Shown here: in pieces, positions 36,909 to 46,090 of the stretch
Layout of the letters: every line of letters begins with the position of its first letter
How positions within the stretch are numbered: the first letter of the stretch is position 1
DNA from: Clostridia bacterium
GTDB lineage: Bacteria > Bacillota > Clostridia > Oscillospirales > CAG-272
DNA length: 52,405 nucleotides
NCBI GenBank assembly: GCA_017462615.1
Contig: JAFTQT010000121.1
Location: 1-52,405 of the forward strand
Direction: 5' to 3'
Notes under the pieces: model-generated
What the model was told of the DNA's origin: nothing
The model's database searches: none
Seen by the model: the letters and a program-made list of their open reading frames with translations, nothing else
Program-made: the position numbers and the translations under genes

Positions 36909-38015
36909 TCAGTAATTTGCGGTTTTTAACAAATATCGCATATCTTCATAGATCAGTCGCCCCGCATCCGGACGCGAAAAGCAACGAATATTTTCGCTCA
37001 TCGTACGGCGTGCCTCGTGATCTTGCAGCAAACGTGAAATCTGTCGCACCAACTCTTCGCCCGTCAGCTCCGATTCCCTGAGAAGACAGGCTGCGTTTTT
37101 ATCCGCCAAGGCCTTGGCGTTGATATATTGATGATTCCCCGTCACGTTTGGCGAAGGGATCAATATAGCTGCTTTACCATAAGCCGCCAGCTCGCTGATG
37201 CTCATGGCGCCGGCACGACAAACAGTTACATCGGATGCTGCCATTTGTCGCGGCATATCCGCGATAAAAGCCCTTACCTCCAAATGCTTCTCACCTTGCA
37301 ATCCTGCAGCGGAAAAGTTCTTCATAAATTCCTCGTATCCGTGTTTACCCGTGGCGTGCAGATGATAAATTTCCGGATGCTCCCGCTCCCACCTCATCAT
37401 TTCCAATACCGCTGCATTGATCCGCTCCGCCCCGAGACTCCCACCAAAGGAAAGCACCATTTGCTTGCAGCCGTGCGGAAGCGGCCGCTTTTCGCCATTC
37501 CCTTCCATAATACCGCGCAGCGGGTTACCAACCGTTAACAAACGGTTTTGATCCTTAAAATAGCCGCCTGCCTCCGCAAAATTTAACCAAACGCGATCCA
37601 CCCGATCGGAAAGAAGACGAACAGCAAGCCCCGGCACGGCATTAGACTCGTGTACGGCGGTAGGAATGCGCAGCTCCGCCGCCGCCCGCAGCGTAGGATA
37701 ACAAGCATATCCTCCGGTGCCGATCACAATATGCGGCTGCCATTCCTTCAAAAAGCTTTTGGCCTCCCTGAGTGCGCGCTGGGCAAGATAAAGCGCGTGC
37801 ACCGCGCGCAGACTGACCTTGCGCGGCAGCCCCAAAACACGGAAAGTCTTAATAGGATAACCGGCAGCAGTAACCAACGCATTTTCCATTCCCTGCTCCG
37901 TGCCGACAAACATGATCCTTGCGCCGCTGAAATTTGCCTTGATCATATCTGCCATAGCCAACGCCGGCATAATATGTCCACCGGTTCCGCCACAAGCAAT
38001 CACAGTCTTTAGCAT
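36909..38015 (-). CDS. murG: UDP-N-acetylglucosamine--N-acetylmuramyl-(pentapeptide) pyrophosphoryl-undecaprenol GlcNAc transferase
   Basis: Contains ACGGTGGHIMPALA and the C-terminal CRAGAMSISEL block, in the dcw context. Confidence 0.93.
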   Translation of the reverse strand: MLKTVIACGGTGGHIMPALAMADMIKANFSGARIMFVGTEQGMENALVTAAGYPIKTFRVLGLPRKVSLRAVHALYLAQRALREAKSFLKEWQPHIVIGTGGYACYPTLRAAAELRIPTAVHESNAVPGLAVRLLSDRVDRVWLNFAEAGGYFKDQNRLLTVGNPLRGIMEGNGEKRPLPHGCKQMVLSFGGSLGAERINAAVLEMMRWEREHPEIYHLHATGKHGYEEFMKNFSAAGLQGEKHLEVRAFIADMPRQMAASDVTVCRAGAMSISELAAYGKAAILIPSPNVTGNHQYINAKALADKNAACLLRESELTGEELVRQISRLLQDHEARRTMSENIRCFSRPDAGRLIYEDMRYLLKTANY

Positions 38016-39179
38016 TTACGTTCCTCCTGTGCAATAACGTGATATGGAAAGCACGATCCCCATTTCAAAGATCTGCATCGCGAGAAAGGTGCCCCCGGAG
38101 CTGAAGAATGGCAGCGAAACACCCGTGTTTGGCATGGAATTTGTAACGACCGCAATATTCAATAGCGCTTGCAAAGCTAATTTCAGAGAAATTCCGAACA
38201 CAACAAGAGCAGAAAAGCGATCCGGTGCCCGATAAGCAATGCGAAATCCGCGCCATACCAGCAGCGCGAACAATAAAATTACCATAAACGCCCCCACAAA
38301 GCCCAGCTCCTCGCAAATCACCGTAAAAATAAAGTCGTTTTGCGGCTGTGAAACGTAACCATATTTTTGCTGTCCGGCACCGAGACCTTTTCCAAAAAAT
38401 CCTCCGGATCCAATGGCATATAATCCCTGCAGGGTTTGCCACGCAGAGCCCAGCGGATCCACCTCCTCGATATGTAGCCAGGTATCTACACGCACCTGCG
38501 CATAGGAAGAAACCAATATCAGAAGGCATCCCGCCGCTACAACCGCCCCAGCCATTGCGCCAAGATAGCGCAGGCGCGTACCGCCGAGATACATCATAGA
38601 AACGCCGATCATGCCAATAATCAGAAGGCCGGAAATGTGCTTTTCCGCCGCCACTAAAAGTCCGATCGCGCCGATCAAGCCACCTGGTAGCAGCACCCCA
38701 TACCGAAGGCTTCCACCGTTTTTTCGCTTCGAATGTACCCTTCCCTCGTGCTTTGTCAGCACTAGCGCTAGCATCAGGATCAAAGCAAGCTTTGCAATTT
38801 CCGATGGCTGCACCGTCAAGGGACCGATCACCAACCAGCGCTGTGCGCCGCCGCCCACTGTACCGATCAGAAGCACCAGCACAAGCAACGCCACCGAGGA
38901 GGCGTACAGCATCACGGCAAAGCCGCGCCAAAAGCTTGGTGCGGTCATCAGGATAAAAGGAGCCGTCAAGATTGCTGACAAAGCCGCAAACAACAAATAT
39001 CGTTTCAAAAAATAGAATCCGTCGCCGTAAAATTGCTGCCCATAGACCGTACTGGCACTGTAGGACATCAGCGCCCCAAAGGATAGCATCAGCAAAAGCA
39101 AAAACAGAAAAGGAAGGTCAACGCGCCCTCCTCGCGACAGGCTCACGTCGAAAAAAGATGGCTTCGCACGCTTCATCAT
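38016..39179 (-). CDS. ftsW: SEDS-family peptidoglycan glycosyltransferase FtsW/SpoVE
   Basis: Ten-TM SEDS protein with QPSEIAKLALIL, FIFTVICEELGF and TGVSLPFFSSGG. Confidence 0.88.
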   Translation of the reverse strand: MMKRAKPSFFDVSLSRGGRVDLPFLFLLLLMLSFGALMSYSASTVYGQQFYGDGFYFLKRYLLFAALSAILTAPFILMTAPSFWRGFAVMLYASSVALLVLVLLIGTVGGGAQRWLVIGPLTVQPSEIAKLALILMLALVLTKHEGRVHSKRKNGGSLRYGVLLPGGLIGAIGLLVAAEKHISGLLIIGMIGVSMMYLGGTRLRYLGAMAGAVVAAGCLLILVSSYAQVRVDTWLHIEEVDPLGSAWQTLQGLYAIGSGGFFGKGLGAGQQKYGYVSQPQNDFIFTVICEELGFVGAFMVILLFALLVWRGFRIAYRAPDRFSALVVFGISLKLALQALLNIAVVTNSMPNTGVSLPFFSSGGTFLAMQIFEMGIVLSISRYCTGGT

Positions 39180-39182
39180 AGC

Positions 39183-40163
39183 TTATCCCCCAAGATACGC
39201 CAACAAAGCAAAGATTGCCGCCGCCACGGTAAACAACAGCACGATCATCCGCTCTCCCCAACCGCATTTTTCAAAATGATGATGCAAAGGAGCCATGCGA
39301 AGCAACCGCTTGCCACCGCTCAGCTTAAAAAATCCCACCTGTAAAATCACTGAGGCTGCTTCCGTCACGTAGACACCGCCCGCCAAAAGCGCTGTGAGCG
39401 GTGCCTTGGCCACCAGGCTGCCGCCGGCGACCAAGGCGCCCAAAAACAAAGAACCCGTGTCTCCCATAAACACCTTGGCAGGATGTGCGTTATAAGGCAA
39501 AAAACCAATCGAAACACCCAGAAGCAGCGCCCCTGTAACAGCGAGCTTGACGTCACCACAAGCAAGAAAAAAGGCGCCCAGAACAGCTACCGTGGAGGCA
39601 AGCAACCCGTCTAATCCGTCCGTCAGATTCAGCGCATTGACCATTCCCGTCAAAAACAGCAACGCCAGCGGATAATAAAAGCTGCCAAGCACGATCTCCT
39701 TTTGCAAAAATGGTACAAAGATATCAGTCCCCACGCCGCCGAAGCCACAAATCAAAACCAAAAATACAGCAGAAGCCACAAGCTGTAAAAAATATTTTTG
39801 CGGTGCCGTCAATCCCTCGTTGCGTTTGTTACGCAGCTTACGGTAGTCGTCGAAAAATCCAATACCGCCGCAGAAAACGGCGTACAGCAATACAAACGCC
39901 ATCACCTTGACGTTATCGATGCCTATCCTCTGCAAAAGTGCCGGTAGGCAAATTAAAAAGCCGATCACTACCGCCAGCATAAAGGCGGCACCGCCCATGG
40001 TCGGCGTTCCGGCCTTCACAGCGTGCCAGGAGGGCCCAATTTCCAGAATGGGCTGCCCGGCACGCTTTTTTTTCAAAACGGGAAGCCAAAGCTTCTCTAA
40101 AATTAAGCTCAAGCCAAAAACGCAAAGAAAAAGCCAAAGAAAAGATCCGATTTTTTCCGTCAT
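39183..40163 (-). CDS. mraY: Phospho-N-acetylmuramoyl-pentapeptide transferase
   Basis: Contains PTMGG, NLTDGLDGL, FMGDTGSL and PLHHHFE. Its start overlaps the murF stop (ATGA). Confidence 0.95.
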   Translation of the reverse strand: MTEKIGSFLWLFLCVFGLSLILEKLWLPVLKKKRAGQPILEIGPSWHAVKAGTPTMGGAAFMLAVVIGFLICLPALLQRIGIDNVKVMAFVLLYAVFCGGIGFFDDYRKLRNKRNEGLTAPQKYFLQLVASAVFLVLICGFGGVGTDIFVPFLQKEIVLGSFYYPLALLFLTGMVNALNLTDGLDGLLASTVAVLGAFFLACGDVKLAVTGALLLGVSIGFLPYNAHPAKVFMGDTGSLFLGALVAGGSLVAKAPLTALLAGGVYVTEAASVILQVGFFKLSGGKRLLRMAPLHHHFEKCGWGERMIVLLFTVAAAIFALLAYLGG

Positions 40164-41563
40164 AATCCCCTCCTTGTATTTTCAAGCACCTCGTTCAGCG
40201 CCATTTTGCGACTTGCCTTGAAAAGCATAAATGCATCCTTGGGCGTTTCGGACAACAGGGACGCCACCAAAGCCGCTTCCTCTCCCACCTCAAAGCAAAA
40301 AACAGACGAGGTCGGCATTCCGGCCGTACGCGCTCCCTCAGCGATAGCTGCCGCATACTTGCCGTAGGCAAAGATCTGCCTCACTCCATGTGCAGCCGCG
40401 AAGGCACCCGCCGCGTTGTGTAGCGGCACCGTCAGCTCACCCAGCTCCAGCATATCGCCGAGCACCGCTACCAACGGGCGCCGCGCTGCCAAAAGCCTGG
40501 CAGATTCGATTGCCGCCTTAACCGCCTCCGGCGAAGCGTTGTAAGTATCGTCAAGAAAGCTGCGTGTGCCTACGGAAATCAATCGCATCCGGGGCGCCGC
40601 CAGCTTGGCCGCTTCAAGCCCTCGTCTGATTGCCTCGTCCGATTTTCCCTCCAGCATACCAATAGCCGCCGCAATCGCCAATACGGAAACACCGATGCTA
40701 CCGGGTACGTGCCACACAAGATTCTTGATGACACGCTCCTTACACATAATATCTACCCTTGTACCTTTTTCATTCATGCAAATATTGACAGCGCGAAAAT
40801 CTGCGTGCTCATGCATGCCAACACATAATATGCGTGGCACCAATCGCATGGATTGAGGCACTTCCACCTCTCCCGGAAGAAGCAGAACATCCTTTTCTCC
40901 TTGTCCGGCCGCGATGCTCAGCTTTTCGGCCGTTAAAACACGCATACTTCGGAAATTTCCCAAATGAGCAGTACCTATGTTGGTAAGAACGGAAACATGG
41001 GGATGCAGCGCCACGGACATAGGTGCCATCTCTCCCGGATGGTTAATGCCCAGCTCTGACACAAAATAATCCGCCTCGCGCATACCAAGTAAGGATAACG
41101 GCATCCCAATAGTGCTGTTGTAGTTTCCGACACTTTTCGAGACCCGGGAGCCATCAGCGGCAAGCACAGCGCTGATGGTTTCCTTTACCGTGGTTTTTCC
41201 GGCGCTACCGCTGATCGCAATTACCCGCGCGCAGCTTTTTTCCCGTCGCATTGCCGCCGCATTCAGCAAGGCCGCCGCCGTATCTTTTACCGTGAAAAGC
41301 CAATAATTGCCGGGCAAAGGCACACTAACGTCGGAAAGCGCTATCGCCGCCGCTCCGCGCTGCAGCGCCTGCTTCAAAAACGCGCTACCGCTTTGATGGC
41401 TCCCGCACAGCGCCACGAACATATCTCCCGGACGAACCTCCCGGGAATCATTGGTAATCCCCGCGAGACAGCACGGCGGTTTTCCTATACACCTCAACGA
41501 TGCCTGCATTCCTTCCGCCATCATCAGTACTGCATTCATCGGCTCCGCAAGCTCAATGCGCAT
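40160..41563 (-). CDS. murF: UDP-N-acetylmuramoyl-tripeptide--D-alanyl-D-alanine ligase
   Basis: Mur ligase P-loop ISGSAGKTTVKE. ATG at 41563 has GGGAGGAG upstream and overlaps the murE 3' end by 11 nt. Confidence 0.88.
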   Translation of the reverse strand: MRIELAEPMNAVLMMAEGMQASLRCIGKPPCCLAGITNDSREVRPGDMFVALCGSHQSGSAFLKQALQRGAAAIALSDVSVPLPGNYWLFTVKDTAAALLNAAAMRREKSCARVIAISGSAGKTTVKETISAVLAADGSRVSKSVGNYNSTIGMPLSLLGMREADYFVSELGINHPGEMAPMSVALHPHVSVLTNIGTAHLGNFRSMRVLTAEKLSIAAGQGEKDVLLLPGEVEVPQSMRLVPRILCVGMHEHADFRAVNICMNEKGTRVDIMCKERVIKNLVWHVPGSIGVSVLAIAAAIGMLEGKSDEAIRRGLEAAKLAAPRMRLISVGTRSFLDDTYNASPEAVKAAIESARLLAARRPLVAVLGDMLELGELTVPLHNAAGAFAAAHGVRQIFAYGKYAAAIAEGARTAGMPTSSVFCFEVGEEAALVASLLSETPKDAFMLFKASRKMALNEVLENTRRGL

Positions 41564-43022
41564 CCTCTTCTCCTCCCTTCCGTGCCAGTAACGCCCGCTT
41601 CGCGATCTCCCGTTCCGAGAAAGGCAGACGCTTGTTACCTCGAATCTCGTATTCCTCGTGCCCCTTGCCTGCAAGCAAAACAATGTCACCGGCCCTCGCT
41701 ACCCGAATAGCGAAGCGGATCGCTTCCTCCCGATCCGGTATTACCGTATAGGCCTTTTCCTTATCAACGCCACGCAAAATATCCCGCAAAATTGCCGTCG
41801 GCTCCTCGCTGCGGCAATTATCCGAAGTCAATACGGTAAGATCTGCCAACCGCGTCGCAATTCTTCCCATTTCCTTTCTTTTTCCACGGTCGCGGTCACC
41901 TCCGCACCCAAACAAAAGCAATATACGGGCACCGGTCGCGCGCCATTGGCGCACGCTCTGAAGCAAACGCTCTAACGCGTCCGGCGTGTGGGCATAATCA
42001 AGAAACACGCTGATATCCGCCCCCGGCACGCTTACACGCTCCATGCGGCCTTGCACCCCGGGAAAGGCACCCAGCGCCTCGCTTACAAGAGTCGTTTCCA
42101 CCCCCAAGGAAAGAGCCGTTGCCGCTGCCAGCGCGGCGTTTTGCACGAAAACGCCGCCGGGAATGGCAATGGAAATATCGACACATACCTCCCCCACCGT
42201 CAGCCGAAAGACCGTTCCCCGCTCTCCGCGTTGTCCAAGCACCGTCACGGAGCTGCGTGAAACCACGATCTGGGGCACCGTCACCTCGCTTGCCAACCGG
42301 CATCCAAAGGGTGAAAGGGCCGATATGACCGCCACCTCACATTGAGAAAACAGCTTTCTTTTTTCAACGTAATAGGACTCCATATCTCCATGAAAATCCA
42401 AATGATCTGCTGTCAAATTGGTAAACAGCGCACGCTGAAAGGTAAGCGGCGCCACTCTGCCAAGCGCCAACGCATGAGAGGTCACCTCCATCACCACGCA
42501 TGCAGCGCCGCGATCCCTCATTTTGGCAAGCTGTGCGTACAGCTCCTCCGGCTCCGGCGTAGTCATATTGGCCAAGGGGTCCGCAGCGCGAATGGAAATG
42601 CGCTCTCCGTCAAAAACAGTAGAAACGGTGCCGATCAAGCCGCAGTGAATCCCTGCATGGCGCAGTATATGGTAGATCATTTCCGCGGTTGAGGTTTTAC
42701 CATTGGTCCCGGTAATACCAACGAGCGTAAGCGAACACGCCGGATGCCCATACCACGCGTCACAAAGAAATGCCAAAGCCTGCCTGGCATCGGGCACTAC
42801 CAAATGCGGCACATTTTGCACCGGGCGTTCCGCTATCACAAAAGCAGCGCCGCGCTCTACGGCCTCCGCGATATACGCAAAACCATCCGTCCGCAACCCC
42901 CGCAGCGCCACGAATACCATGCCGATCTGCACTCTGCGGGAATCGGAAACAACCCCCGTCACCTCTCTATCCTCTACCGTTGCCGACAATCCCGCTTCTT
43001 GCAGTAGTACCTTTAGTCTCAT
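41553..43022 (-). CDS. murE: UDP-N-acetylmuramoyl-L-alanyl-D-glutamate--2,6-diaminopimelate ligase
   Basis: Contains GITGTNGKTST, EVTSHAL and DYAHTPDAL. The specificity motif position reads DNCR (the canonical meso-DAP motif is DNPR). Confidence 0.9.
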   Translation of the reverse strand: MRLKVLLQEAGLSATVEDREVTGVVSDSRRVQIGMVFVALRGLRTDGFAYIAEAVERGAAFVIAERPVQNVPHLVVPDARQALAFLCDAWYGHPACSLTLVGITGTNGKTSTAEMIYHILRHAGIHCGLIGTVSTVFDGERISIRAADPLANMTTPEPEELYAQLAKMRDRGAACVVMEVTSHALALGRVAPLTFQRALFTNLTADHLDFHGDMESYYVEKRKLFSQCEVAVISALSPFGCRLASEVTVPQIVVSRSSVTVLGQRGERGTVFRLTVGEVCVDISIAIPGGVFVQNAALAAATALSLGVETTLVSEALGAFPGVQGRMERVSVPGADISVFLDYAHTPDALERLLQSVRQWRATGARILLLFGCGGDRDRGKRKEMGRIATRLADLTVLTSDNCRSEEPTAILRDILRGVDKEKAYTVIPDREEAIRFAIRVARAGDIVLLAGKGHEEYEIRGNKRLPFSEREIAKRALLARKGGEEDAH

Positions 43023-43037
43023 ATGCTCCCCTCCATG

Positions 43038-45278
43038 CTATTCTCTTTTTTCCTCATACGGAAAATACAGCGTCACCACCGTCCCCACAGGCACCACCTC
43101 TCCTGCCGCCGGATATTGTTTTGAAACAGTTGCGCTGCCGGATGCGGGATCGCGCACCCCCACCACGGCCGTATTCAGCCCAAGATCGATCAGCCTTTGA
43201 TTGGCAACGCTTCCGCGTTCACCGATCAGATCGGGAACCTTGACCGTATCGGCCAGATCCGCGCCCAGCATCAGCACCAGCTTGGCTCCTTGGCGGACCA
43301 CGCTGCTGCCCGCTATGGGAGACTGCGAAACCACCAGATCTCCTTCTCCGACAAAGGAAAAGAAAAATTCGGAATTTTGAAGCAGCTCTGTAGCCGCCTC
43401 CGGGGTAAGACCCACAAGATTTGGAACGGTCAGCGTCCGCTCCGCCTCCTCGTCCTCCGTATATACCGCCTCTACGCCAAGATAAGGCAGCGCGGCACGA
43501 AACACGCTCCCCACGTAAGGTGCTGCCACCACACTACCGTATCTGCTGCCGTCCGTGGGCTCATCTACCACAATAATCACCGCGATCTCCGGATCATCCG
43601 CCGGTGCAAACCCCACGCACGAGCCAATACGCGCCTCTCGATTGTCTCCAATCTTTTCAGAAGTTCCGGTCTTGGCTGCCACCCGATACCCCGCCACATA
43701 GGCGTTTTTGGCGCCACCATCCCCGGAAACGCCCCCCTCCAGAATGGCAGCAACGGTTTGGGCCGTTTCCTCGCTGATAACGCGGCGTTTTATCACGGCC
43801 TCATGGTGATAGACCTCATTTCCTTCGGCATCCGTCATCCGTTCCACAAGATACGGCGTTACCAATTCCCCTCCGTTGGCAATTGCTGAGATTGCCGTTA
43901 TCATCTGCAACACCGAAACCTTAAAATTTTGTCCAAAGGAGGCTGTCGCGAGATCCAACGAGGTAAAGGAGGATTTGGAATGAAAAATGGAGCCGCCTTC
44001 TCCCGGCAGATCAATTCCTGTTTTTTCTAACATTCCAAAGCCCTTTACGTAATCATAAAAGCAGTCCGTCCCAATACGTGCCGCTATGGTCATCATCACG
44101 GGATTGCAGGAATTCTGAAGCCCTTCTGTAAAGGTCAGGCTACCGTGCCCTCCCGCCTTGTGACAATGAATGAGGCGATCTGCCACCGCCAACGCGCCGC
44201 TGCAGAAAAAGCGCTCTTCAAGATTCGTCACCGCCCCCTCCTCCAATACCATAGAGCAGGTCAAGGCCTTAAAGGTCGAGCCGGGCATATAAATTTCCGT
44301 AGCGGCCTTATTTGACCAGCTTTCCAAAAGCAGTCCGTTGTACGCCTTTCGGTATGCCTCGCTCCCCTCCGGTAGCCCTAATGCAGCAAGCTCTGCCGCA
44401 GCATAATCGTTTAGCTCGAAGGGCTCGTTCAGGTCAAAGCTTGGTGCCGTTGCCATAGCCAAAACTGCGCCAGTCTTAACGTTCATCACAATACCGCAGA
44501 CCCGATTGGCAGCGCCGGATTCGATCATCGTTGCCTCCAGCTGCTCCTCCAGGACAGATTGAATATACGCATCCAGCGTGGTTTGCAGCGTATAGCCGGG
44601 CACCGCCGCCTGATACGCCTCATATTGATGCGGCAGCTCGTTTCCCGCAGAATCTCTTGCCGTGATATAGGCACCCGGTGTACCCGAAAGCGCCTTGTCG
44701 TATTGCAGCTCTAATCCGTAAAGCCCTTGACTGTCGCTTCCCGTAAATCCTAAAACGTGCGCCGCGAGGGTTCCGTAAGGATAATAACGCGTTTCCGCTG
44801 CCTCTACCGTAACCATATCGTACAGATCATGCTCGGCTACAAAGCGCAAGACCTTATTCGCTACCTCGGCTTCCAGCCCACGCGCCACCGTTCTCTGCAG
44901 CTCGGTTTTGTGTGAAATGTGCGAGAGCATCTTTTCTGCCGTCAAGCCCTCGATCAGCCCAGCAAGCCCGTTGGCAATCCTTTGCCCGAGAGCTTCACTA
45001 TCCTCCGCGCGGGCAATGATATTGGGAAAAATCGATACGTTGTATATCGTTCGATTGGTGGCAAGCACACGCCCGGTAGCATCCAATATTTCTCCCCGCG
45101 CTGCCAACACCTTGGATTCCGTCGTCAACTGATCCAAAACCTTTTTTTGATATTTATCAAAGCTGAACACCTGCAGCAAAAGGATCCGCGCCGTCAAAAA
45201 CAAAAAGGCAAAAAGTAAGACCGCAGCCAGTACAATCGCTCGCCTTGAGGTTCTTTGGGTCGCAACCGCATTAGACAT
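43038..45278 (-). CDS. Class B penicillin-binding protein (FtsI/PBP2B/SpoVD-like) with two C-terminal PASTA domains
   Basis: TM anchor plus transpeptidase motifs STFK, SCN (SxN) and KTGT, followed by two PASTA repeats. ATG at 45278 has an AAGGAG RBS. Confidence 0.9.
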   Translation of the reverse strand: MSNAVATQRTSRRAIVLAAVLLFAFLFLTARILLLQVFSFDKYQKKVLDQLTTESKVLAARGEILDATGRVLATNRTIYNVSIFPNIIARAEDSEALGQRIANGLAGLIEGLTAEKMLSHISHKTELQRTVARGLEAEVANKVLRFVAEHDLYDMVTVEAAETRYYPYGTLAAHVLGFTGSDSQGLYGLELQYDKALSGTPGAYITARDSAGNELPHQYEAYQAAVPGYTLQTTLDAYIQSVLEEQLEATMIESGAANRVCGIVMNVKTGAVLAMATAPSFDLNEPFELNDYAAAELAALGLPEGSEAYRKAYNGLLLESWSNKAATEIYMPGSTFKALTCSMVLEEGAVTNLEERFFCSGALAVADRLIHCHKAGGHGSLTFTEGLQNSCNPVMMTIAARIGTDCFYDYVKGFGMLEKTGIDLPGEGGSIFHSKSSFTSLDLATASFGQNFKVSVLQMITAISAIANGGELVTPYLVERMTDAEGNEVYHHEAVIKRRVISEETAQTVAAILEGGVSGDGGAKNAYVAGYRVAAKTGTSEKIGDNREARIGSCVGFAPADDPEIAVIIVVDEPTDGSRYGSVVAAPYVGSVFRAALPYLGVEAVYTEDEEAERTLTVPNLVGLTPEAATELLQNSEFFFSFVGEGDLVVSQSPIAGSSVVRQGAKLVLMLGADLADTVKVPDLIGERGSVANQRLIDLGLNTAVVGVRDPASGSATVSKQYPAAGEVVPVGTVVTLYFPYEEKRE

Positions 45279-45292
45279 AAAAAATCTCCTTT

Positions 45293-45340
45293 GTGAAAAT
45301 AGAAAACGGCGAATTCCGCCGTGCAATACGGAATTCGCCG
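45293..45340 (-). terminator. Strong terminator-like hairpin inside the dcw cluster, between the ftsL-like gene and the pbp gene
   Basis: Perfect 12-bp stem CGGCGAATTCCG / CGGAATTCGCCG (45307-45318 and 45329-45340) with a 10-nt loop, followed on the minus strand by TTTTCTATTTT. Confidence 0.6.
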
Positions 45341-45395
45341 CGGACGACGGCTTTGCCGTCACCCTATTCTATTCTTAAAAAGGAGAGATTATGAC

Positions 45396-46070
45396 TTATT
45401 TACCGCCCAACGCGGCCAGAGCGTTCAGCAGCGCGGCCATAGAAATGCCGCCTTCTTTTTCTGCCGGATAAATCTCTACAGCATCCTCTTCTGAAAGAGA
45501 GAGCTCTGCTGCATCCTTCAACGGATCAGCCTCGGCTGCGGGATCCTTTTCCAGCATATCTACCTGGGCCTCTAATGCAGCTACCTCGCGATCCATTTCC
45601 TCCAATACCAAGGAGGAACTCGCCAGAAGAGCAACGGAAAGCACCAGCATCAGCAGAAACATGGCAGGAACAAATGCAAACCGACGGCCCGCGGTGCGAA
45701 CGCGATGCACAAATCCGATCTTTTCCTGTTCCTTGCTCTTGGCAGTTCTCTGCCGCTTGATAAACTCATTGCTTTTTTCAGCCTTTTGCTCCGCTACAAC
45801 GAGCGAACGGCGCATAGCACCCAGTCTGTCGTTATTGCCGTAACGATGATTGAAGAATTTCACAAAATCACCAGTGGTGATCTGAAATCCGCCATCACCG
45901 TTATCGTGCAGATATACAATGGCATCTACATTGGGGGTAGGATTATGATCGATGGCTCTACCGGAAATCGCGCGCTGTGTGCGATCACGATACTGACCGC
46001 GCAATTCTTCAAATTGATGTCTGTATTCTTCCTGAAAATAAACTTTTTCGTACGTCACGGTCTTATCCAT
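45396..46070 (-). CDS. FtsL-position bitopic membrane protein with a long N-terminal cytoplasmic domain
   Basis: 224 aa with a single TM (FAFVPAMFLLMLVLSVALLASSSLVL), then a short heptad-like segment EEMDREVAALEAQVDMLEK and an acidic tail. It lies between rsmH and pbp, where ftsL normally sits. Confidence 0.5.
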   Translation of the reverse strand: MDKTVTYEKVYFQEEYRHQFEELRGQYRDRTQRAISGRAIDHNPTPNVDAIVYLHDNGDGGFQITTGDFVKFFNHRYGNNDRLGAMRRSLVVAEQKAEKSNEFIKRQRTAKSKEQEKIGFVHRVRTAGRRFAFVPAMFLLMLVLSVALLASSSLVLEEMDREVAALEAQVDMLEKDPAAEADPLKDAAELSLSEEDAVEIYPAEKEGGISMAALLNALAALGGK

Positions 46071-46090
46071 AGGTAGAAGCCTCCATTTCT

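Noticed and set aside
45307-45340. The EcoRI-site-containing palindrome was considered as a possible MITE/REP-type dispersed repeat or IS end.
   Set aside because: Only a single copy was found in the window, and there are no flanking direct repeats or transposase. It is better explained as an RNA hairpin (see findings).
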